Part shown: in pieces, positions 5,577-9,889 of the stretch
How positions within the stretch are numbered: the stretch's first letter is position 1
Layout of the letters: every line of letters begins with the position of its first letter
NCBI GenBank assembly: GCA_964480335.1
Contig: CAYZOK010000006.1
Span: 1-9,889, forward strand
Source: an uncultured Candidatus Bathyarchaeia archaeon
GTDB lineage: Archaea; Thermoproteota; Bathyarchaeia; CAYZOK01
DNA: 9,889 bases
Direction: 5' to 3'
Position numbers and translations under genes: made by a program
The notes under the pieces: model-generated
Databases searched by the model: none
Told to the model about the DNA's origin: nothing
The model's input: only the letters and a program-made list of their open reading frames with translations

Positions 5577-7057
5577 TTTCTAGGGGCATGCTCCATCCTC
5601 GCCCAAGCTTCTTTGGCCGGAGTTAGCGCTTTCTGCGGAAGCTCTAGGACTCGTGTCCTCACGACTACAGGGAACAAAAACGGAGAGGCAGAGCCCCAAA
5701 GGAGAGCTTCGTGATCGTTCAGGCACGGCAGGATCGCCCGAAGCTCGCCTTCGAGGTCGGCGTGATTGGATAACGCTTCCAGGTCGTTAGAGCAAGTCGT
5801 CCTGAAGCAGACGACCGTGTTGCACTGGCTTATGACAGACTTGGAGATGTATGCTGGTCTTTGCGAGACTACGACGAAGCCTAAGTTGTAGCCTCCGGTC
5901 TGGCTCACAGCTTCTATGATCGCCTTATCGACCCGCAAGCGACTTGCCACTCCTTTGAGATCCAGACCCCGTTCGGGCACGTAGCGCTGAGCTTCCTCCA
6001 ACACCACGATAGCCGCGAAGTCTCCCGCCTCAGCTCGGCTAATTGCATGCCTGGTTAGCTCCTCGATTAGGTACTTGACTGCAAGTAACTTACCAGTGAG
6101 GTTCATGTCGAGCGAGAAATCAACAACGACCACGGGATAGCGGTGTAGTAGTCCAACTATGCTGGGAGGGCTCGCACCAAATGCAGAGGTCTTAGCTTGA
6201 AGCGCTTTTCGAATTCTCTCGAGAACTTGCTGATGGTTGCGCTCGAGAGCGGTCGAAGCAAGTTGCTGAACGCGCATCCAAAGCCTTTGCAGATCGGCTG
6301 AGCCGCTTGATTGCACGTCGCGGAGGGCTAACTCAACGAGCTTGCCAGCGCTGCTACACTTCGCGAATCCCAACATATTGGGAAAAACCGAAGGTGGAAC
6401 CGTCATCAAGCTTCTCGAAAAGCAAGTGTGCGGAACTATCACGGCGCCATACTTGGCAAGTGGGCGATATTCGCTTCGTGCATCTAGAATCACGAAGCGA
6501 GGCGTCGGCTCAAGCGACATGGCTTGTAGTACCATGTTTAAAACAAAGCTACTCTTTCCAGACCTCGTCATGCCAGAAATGAGCATGTGACCTCGAGCTA
6601 CCGCATCGAGATCTAGCCGAACTGGAATGTCGATATCGCGGTGGACGCCGACCTCTACACCCAGTCCTTCGCCATCTGCCCTGAGCAAGCTCTTTAGCTC
6701 CTCCAAGCTTGGTTCGAGGACTGGCGACCAACTCTCGGGGCTACACTCCAGCCGAAGCCATCGGCCTTGATCGACGTAGCCTAAAACTTGGGCCCACGCA
6801 ACTTCGTATTCGAGCCTCTTTCCATACCTGAAGGTCGAGCTCTTCTTTGCGGCTATCGGACCGAGCCTGCCCAACGCCATGTCCGGATTGTAGGGAGCTG
6901 ACTCGATTACGCGTACCAAAACCGGAGAGCCGCGCTTTATCGGGTGTGGAATGATGTAGTAGCGACCGAGCAACGCCTTGGCTCCCTCCCTTAGAACGAA
7001 GTAGATGAGGCGAGGCGAAGAGCCCGAGAGGACATAGCCGATTTCTCTCAAGGCCAT
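5522..7057 (-). CDS. herA: HerA-like (FtsK/HerA superfamily, DUF87-type) P-loop ATPase, 511 aa; the last 18 codons are antisense to tRNA-Pro
   Basis: The N-terminal HAS-barrel-like segment is IGYVLSGSSPRLIYFVL...GRYYII...VLVRVIE. Walker A is GMTRSGKS (6551..6574). The Walker B-like motif is AIVVLEEAQRY (EE at 5993..5998). GFVVVSQRP is a HerA/FtsK-type sensor segment. The start overlaps the NurA-like stop by 10 nt. Confidence 0.8.
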   Translation of the reverse strand: MALREIGYVLSGSSPRLIYFVLREGAKALLGRYYIIPHPIKRGSPVLVRVIESAPYNPDMALGRLGPIAAKKSSTFRYGKRLEYEVAWAQVLGYVDQGRWLRLECSPESWSPVLEPSLEELKSLLRADGEGLGVEVGVHRDIDIPVRLDLDAVARGHMLISGMTRSGKSSFVLNMVLQAMSLEPTPRFVILDARSEYRPLAKYGAVIVPHTCFSRSLMTVPPSVFPNMLGFAKCSSAGKLVELALRDVQSSGSADLQRLWMRVQQLASTALERNHQQVLERIRKALQAKTSAFGASPPSIVGLLHRYPVVVVDFSLDMNLTGKLLAVKYLIEELTRHAISRAEAGDFAAIVVLEEAQRYVPERGLDLKGVASRLRVDKAIIEAVSQTGGYNLGFVVVSQRPAYISKSVISQCNTVVCFRTTCSNDLEALSNHADLEGELRAILPCLNDHEALLWGSASPFLFPVVVRTRVLELPQKALTPAKEAWARMEHAPRNGSGGIRTHDRPGPSRAS

Positions 7058-8145
7058 TCGCCGAATCGCGGAGTTAAGAAGTCAAGGTCTCGTGGGTCGA
7101 ATGCTCCTTGGTTCACCATGCTCAAGGCCTTCTCGTGTAGCACAAGTCTATACATGAGCAGCGTTCGCCTCGTGAGCTTGCATCTCCTGTCAGCTTCGGC
7201 TATTGGATGAGGGATTCCGCTTAGGTCTGCTAGGCTTATCAGCAGCGATGCGACTTCGTCTACCCGCTTTAAGCAAAAAGCTGGAATTTCGACCCTGTAA
7301 GGAGGCGTTTCCGCACTTTTGATGTAGAATGCATAGATGGTCGGTCGCTCGACTCCGAGATTTTCTGCGAAGCGGGCGCAGATCCTGTTCATTCCGCTGT
7401 CGACGAGTCTTGGCTTCGTGTAATCGCCGACTTGCATAATCGGGTTGAGCAAGATCGAGTCGCGTAGCGCCGCCGAGCCTACCTTGCGATGGAAGTAGCC
7501 TGTTGAAGGACGTTTGATGAAACCGACCATTGATACCGAAGCTTTGTTGCACTCCTCGAGGGCAAGCAAGATCTCAGCTAGCGTGAGGACGAAGTCAGCC
7601 CTGTAGCCACTTGAGTCTTCAGGTCGAGGTCTTAGCAAGGGGTTCGGGAGTATTGGGCCATCCACCAAGACAACATCCGGCTTCCACTTGCCGACGGCTT
7701 CTCTAACTACGTGAAACTGAAGCGCAAAGTGTAGCAATGACTCTCTTCGCAAGGGATCGGGTTCGTTCGGCCATACATCGGCCGGGCAAGAAGCTAGGAT
7801 CGGATCTGAGCTTTCTCGTCCACCTTCAAAAAGCGTTGCTGCCGCGGAGTACAGTGGAATAAAGGCTGAGGCCAAGTTCTCGCCGTTATGCCCGGCGTCT
7901 ACCCCAACCACGCGTCTGAGCTTGGAGTTCTCGCCGGCTCGCCGAAGCTCAACTTCTAGCTCCAATTGCTGGAGCGCTCGGTTTCTCTCAGCAGCGAGGG
8001 AACGTAGCTTCTTAATGACGAGCGAAGTTGAAGTCTCGATCAAGCCGAAGTGTAGATCTTCGGACGCAAACGGGAGTAGCCATCGGGAAAAATCTCTAAA
8101 CCCTAGGCGACGATGATTCGGTTGGGTGCGACGGAGCAGGGTCAT
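7048..8145 (-). CDS. nurA: NurA-like nuclease domain protein, 365 aa
   Basis: The NurA-type motif series is VVGVDAGHNG (first acidic motif), RRESLLHFALQ, VVLVDGPILPNPL (DGxL motif), MVGFIKRPST (K-x-S/T strand), YAFYIK....YRVEIP, and GIPHPIAEADRRC (C-terminal P-x-P...A-D/H helix). It is translationally coupled to the HerA-like gene, the classical HerA partner arrangement. Confidence 0.7.
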   Translation of the reverse strand: MTLLRRTQPNHRRLGFRDFSRWLLPFASEDLHFGLIETSTSLVIKKLRSLAAERNRALQQLELEVELRRAGENSKLRRVVGVDAGHNGENLASAFIPLYSAAATLFEGGRESSDPILASCPADVWPNEPDPLRRESLLHFALQFHVVREAVGKWKPDVVLVDGPILPNPLLRPRPEDSSGYRADFVLTLAEILLALEECNKASVSMVGFIKRPSTGYFHRKVGSAALRDSILLNPIMQVGDYTKPRLVDSGMNRICARFAENLGVERPTIYAFYIKSAETPPYRVEIPAFCLKRVDEVASLLISLADLSGIPHPIAEADRRCKLTRRTLLMYRLVLHEKALSMVNQGAFDPRDLDFLTPRFGEWP

Positions 8146-8196
8146 CTTGCCCTCATCCGCCCCCTGCTGCCGAGTCTCCCGCTCCGTTGCACCCAG

Positions 8197-8643
8197 CTAG
8201 GCAACAACGTACACGTACCCATCTTTAGTCTTCCACCTCCTGAGCTTCCCGCGCTGCGTAAGCCTCTGCAGAGTTTTACCGATGGTTGATGCAGGATGGT
8301 GGAGGGCGCTTGACCTAAGGGCGTCCATCATCTCGCCTAGCGTACGCGGTTTAGCGCGCCCCCATTTGGATTGCAGAAGTTGCATTACAGCATCCGCGCA
8401 GCTTTTCGGCGCAGTTACGCTCGGAGCTCCCTCGCCAATCGAGGCTGTGATCGGCGGAGCAGAGGTTGCAACTGTAGTTGCGGGCTGAGGAAGTGTCTCG
8501 CCCAACTCTCCGAACGCTTTAGAAACGGCCTCTACGACTGGTGCGAGATTTTCGAGCACCTGCAGAACTTCTTGGCGAGCGCCGCTGACTTCGACTTCGT
8601 AAGCGCCGATTTTGATGCGAATCGAGAATCTAGGTTCGGACAT
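8197..8643 (-). CDS. Small paralog 3 (148 aa): conserved N-terminal beta module, Pro/Ala/Thr/Ser-rich linker, then a C-terminal winged helix
   Basis: The N-terminus FSIRIKIGAYEVEVSGARQEVLQVL matches the N-termini of the two upstream proteins. The linker LPQPATTVATSAPPITASIGEGAPSVTAP spans 8407..8493. The C-terminus is TLGEMMDAL...STIGKTLQRLTQRGKLRRWKTKDGYVYV (wHTH). The start overlaps the upstream gene by 14 nt. Confidence 0.75.
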   Translation of the reverse strand: MSEPRFSIRIKIGAYEVEVSGARQEVLQVLENLAPVVEAVSKAFGELGETLPQPATTVATSAPPITASIGEGAPSVTAPKSCADAVMQLLQSKWGRAKPRTLGEMMDALRSSALHHPASTIGKTLQRLTQRGKLRRWKTKDGYVYVVA

Positions 8644-9133
8644 GCTCAGCTTCCTTCAGCCTCGGCATCAAACTCTCACTCGCCGCCTTCGCGCCCAGCA
8701 ACGTTATCCTATATTCCTTGCCAGCCCTCTCGATCAGACCGGCTTTGACAAGCGATGGCAGCACGTTACGTATCGTTTTTTCGACCTTGCCAGTTGCAAC
8801 CGAAAGCTCGCGTACCGACAACGTAGGCTTGGAAAGCTCTCCTACTTGCTCACCGACGTAAGCAGCGAGAAGCGCGAGCTGGATGGCTTCCTCAGCCGTA
8901 GCCTTGATCGCGCTCTCAAGCCTAGGACCTTGCGGCAGAATTGCAACCAAGCCAGCTAGTTGATCGGCCAGCTCTGCTACATCGGGCCTGTAGACAAGCT
9001 TCGCAGCCACCCTGATCTGAGGAAGCTTCTGCGAAAGGGCCATGTGCAGTGCTTTCAGGGCTTCTTCCGGAGATTTGCCTTCAACTTCGAGCCTTATGTC
9101 GCCATATTCGACGCGGATCCGGATGGCTCTCAT
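8630..9133 (-). CDS. Small paralog 2 (167 aa): N-terminal beta module, helical middle region, then a MarR/TrmB-like winged helix
   Basis: IRIRVEYGDIRLEVEGKSPEEALKAL; DVAELADQLAGLVAILPQG; EEAIQLALLAAYVGEQVG; SVRELSVATGKVEKTIRNVLPSLVKAGLIERAGKEYRITLLG. The protein is colinear with paralog 1 along its whole length. It has an ATGA start/stop overlap with paralog 1. Confidence 0.8.
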   Translation of the reverse strand: MRAIRIRVEYGDIRLEVEGKSPEEALKALHMALSQKLPQIRVAAKLVYRPDVAELADQLAGLVAILPQGPRLESAIKATAEEAIQLALLAAYVGEQVGELSKPTLSVRELSVATGKVEKTIRNVLPSLVKAGLIERAGKEYRITLLGAKAASESLMPRLKEAEHVRT

Positions 9134-9675
9134 AGGTGCTCACTCAAGATTCTCTCCCTTATCCGAGGAAGCGCCGTGTCCAAGAACATCTTGATCCCCA
9201 CGGTCGTTATCCGGTAATCTCCTCGTCCGACACGAGATACCCATCCTCCGCCGACGAGCTCGCTAAGTCTGGCAGCTATAGCACTTTTCTTCGAGCCCGT
9301 GACCTCTGCTAATTCGGATACTGTCATAGAATCGCACTCCAAGCGACCCAGCTGATAGCCGAGATAAGCTTTCACCAAGTGGAGAAGAATAGCCTCTCGG
9401 TCAGTCAAACGAGGGATTACAATGGGCATGACCGCCAAACCTTCAGGGGTTATAGCGATCAAGCCCTCTACCGCTTCGGCTAAGCTTGACACGTCGATGC
9501 TTAAGGTCAAGCGCGAAATAGGCCCAATCGTCGGCGCAATCCTGCTCATGAAGCCCATTATTCCTCGAAGAACCTCATCGGGGCTTCCAGAGAAGAATGC
9601 TTCTAGGTCTCCGTACTTAACCCGCACTTCCAGTTTGCGTTCTTCGGGCCTTTCACGCTCCACATATTCTATCAC
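9130..9675 (-). CDS. Small paralog 1 (181 aa, or 177 aa from the alternative GTG at 9663): same architecture as paralog 2
   Basis: LEVRVKYGDLEAFFSGSPDEVLRGI; DVSSLAEAVEGLIAITPEG; REAILLHLVKAYLGYQLG; TVSELAEVTGSKKSAIAARLSELVGGGWVSRVGRGDYRITTVG. The GTG start at 9675 is 12 to 40 nt downstream of the A/T-rich palindromic block. Confidence 0.8.
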   Translation of the reverse strand: MIEYVERERPEERKLEVRVKYGDLEAFFSGSPDEVLRGIMGFMSRIAPTIGPISRLTLSIDVSSLAEAVEGLIAITPEGLAVMPIVIPRLTDREAILLHLVKAYLGYQLGRLECDSMTVSELAEVTGSKKSAIAARLSELVGGGWVSRVGRGDYRITTVGIKMFLDTALPRIRERILSEHL

Positions 9676-9686
9676 GTACTTAGATG

Positions 9687-9716
9687 TTTAAAAATTTCGA
9701 AATTTACGTAAATTTA
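9687..9716 (-). promoter_or_regulatory. A/T-rich promoter/operator candidate: TTTTTAAA (minus, 9687..9694) plus three AAATTT hexamers forming two overlapping perfect palindromes
   Basis: aaatttCGaaattt (9692..9705, 14-bp palindrome) and aaatttACGTaaattt (9700..9715, 16-bp palindrome) share the central hexamer. This is the only strongly A/T-rich stretch in the right half of the window. TTTTTAAA is centred about 27 nt upstream of the alternative GTG at 9663. Confidence 0.45.
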
Positions 9717-9889
9717 GCTTCAAGTATCTCTTTCTTCAATTCAAAATATCCAAGGCGTTTTAGATCCTCAAGCCAGCGCCATCTTTCCTCGGGTTTAGCG
9801 CGCTTCCCTATTCTGTAGAGCCTTCTAAGGAGCTCGCGCTTCCATTCTAGCGTTCGGACGATCTCTCCTCTCTCTGATGCAAACTTGAG
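9704..9889 (-). CDS. Partial ORF (C-terminal 61 codons; the gene starts beyond the window end), basic/helical, unknown function
   Basis: The minus frame is open from 9889 to TAA at 9706..9704: LKFASERGEIVRTLEWKRELLRRLYRIGKRAKPEERWRWLEDLKRLGYFELKKEILEAKFT. All three + frames carry stops here. It is on the same strand as the operon and only 28 nt upstream of it. It is not in the ORF track because it is truncated. Confidence 0.4.
   Translation of the reverse strand, partial: LKFASERGEIVRTLEWKRELLRRLYRIGKRAKPEERWRWLEDLKRLGYFELKKEILEAKFT

Noticed and set aside
5508-5714. 68-aa + strand ORF (MVQLGQDARLGPGRSW...)
   Set aside because: It starts inside tRNA-Pro and is otherwise antisense to the HerA-like C-terminus. 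Its composition is low-complexity and it has no motif. I treat it as a shadow frame.
7086-7102. tRNA-Pro-like fragment ggtcTCGTGGGTCGAAT resembling ggTCGTGGGTTCGAAT (T-arm, 5548..5563) in the same orientation, considered as a possible att direct repeat
   Set aside because: The match needs two indels and is short. It lies inside the NurA-like coding region, 30 to 50 nt from the overlapping NurA/HerA junction. An element bounded there would contain only the HerA-like gene and would split a translationally coupled pair. It is most likely chance similarity.
6307-9691. Alternative-frame ORFs within the operon (6307..6582, 6342..6590, 6549..6731, 7190..7552, 7922..8116, 8282..8488, 8371..8748, 8612..8959, 8960..9217, 9422..9691)
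   Set aside because: These are shadow frames of the HerA-like, NurA-like and wHTH-paralog genes. They are Arg/Ser-rich and lack motifs, and the main frames show paralogy or family motifs that the alternatives lack.
5577-9889. Calling the right-hand region an integrated element or genomic island
   Set aside because: Only circumstantial support exists (tRNA adjacency and the ORF running into the tRNA). No integrase, no att direct repeat and no clear compositional break can be demonstrated from this window. It is reported as a hypothesis only.
1-9889. Scan for CRISPR arrays, rRNA genes, IS elements, toxin-antitoxin pairs, and canonical mre11/rad50
   Set aside because: No spaced direct-repeat array, rRNA-like sequence, transposase-like ORF, small bicistronic TA-like pair, or Mre11 phosphoesterase/Rad50 ABC motifs were seen on either strand.

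Overview
This looks like an archaeal chromosomal segment. The evidence is four tRNA genes without encoded CCA, each unit having a TTTAA-like box centred about 27-29 nt upstream of the mature 5' end, plus archaeal-type Pgk, RpiA, a METTL5-like methyltransferase and NurA/HerA. The left 5.5 kb is housekeeping. It holds a partial AEC-like permease, an orphan 384-aa protein with a C-terminal wHTH, a NikR C-terminal-domain-only ORF, an NPPF methyltransferase, tRNA-Thr(GGU) and rpiA. It continues with an MBL-fold hydrolase, tRNA-Met(CAU), pgk, and a tRNA-Thr(CGU)/tRNA-Pro(UGG) pair only 2 nt apart. The right 4.2 kb (5522..9716, minus strand) is the most interesting part. It is a translationally coupled five-gene operon encoding three tandem paralogous small proteins (conserved N-terminal beta-rich module plus C-terminal winged helix), then a NurA-like nuclease, then a HerA-like ATPase. 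No Mre11/Rad50 genes are in the window. The HerA-like ORF runs antisense into tRNA-Pro, and the operon is preceded by an A/T-rich block of three AAATTT hexamers forming two overlapping perfect palindromes. I propose this operon as the best candidate for an undescribed DNA-processing or defence-type module. That proposal rests on motif reading only; no database search was possible. Secondary oddities are a palindrome-dense intergenic region at 187..409, the truncated-looking nikR, and an MBL gene whose only possible start is a TTG 8 nt after tRNA-Met. No CRISPR array, rRNA, transposase or integrase was seen.
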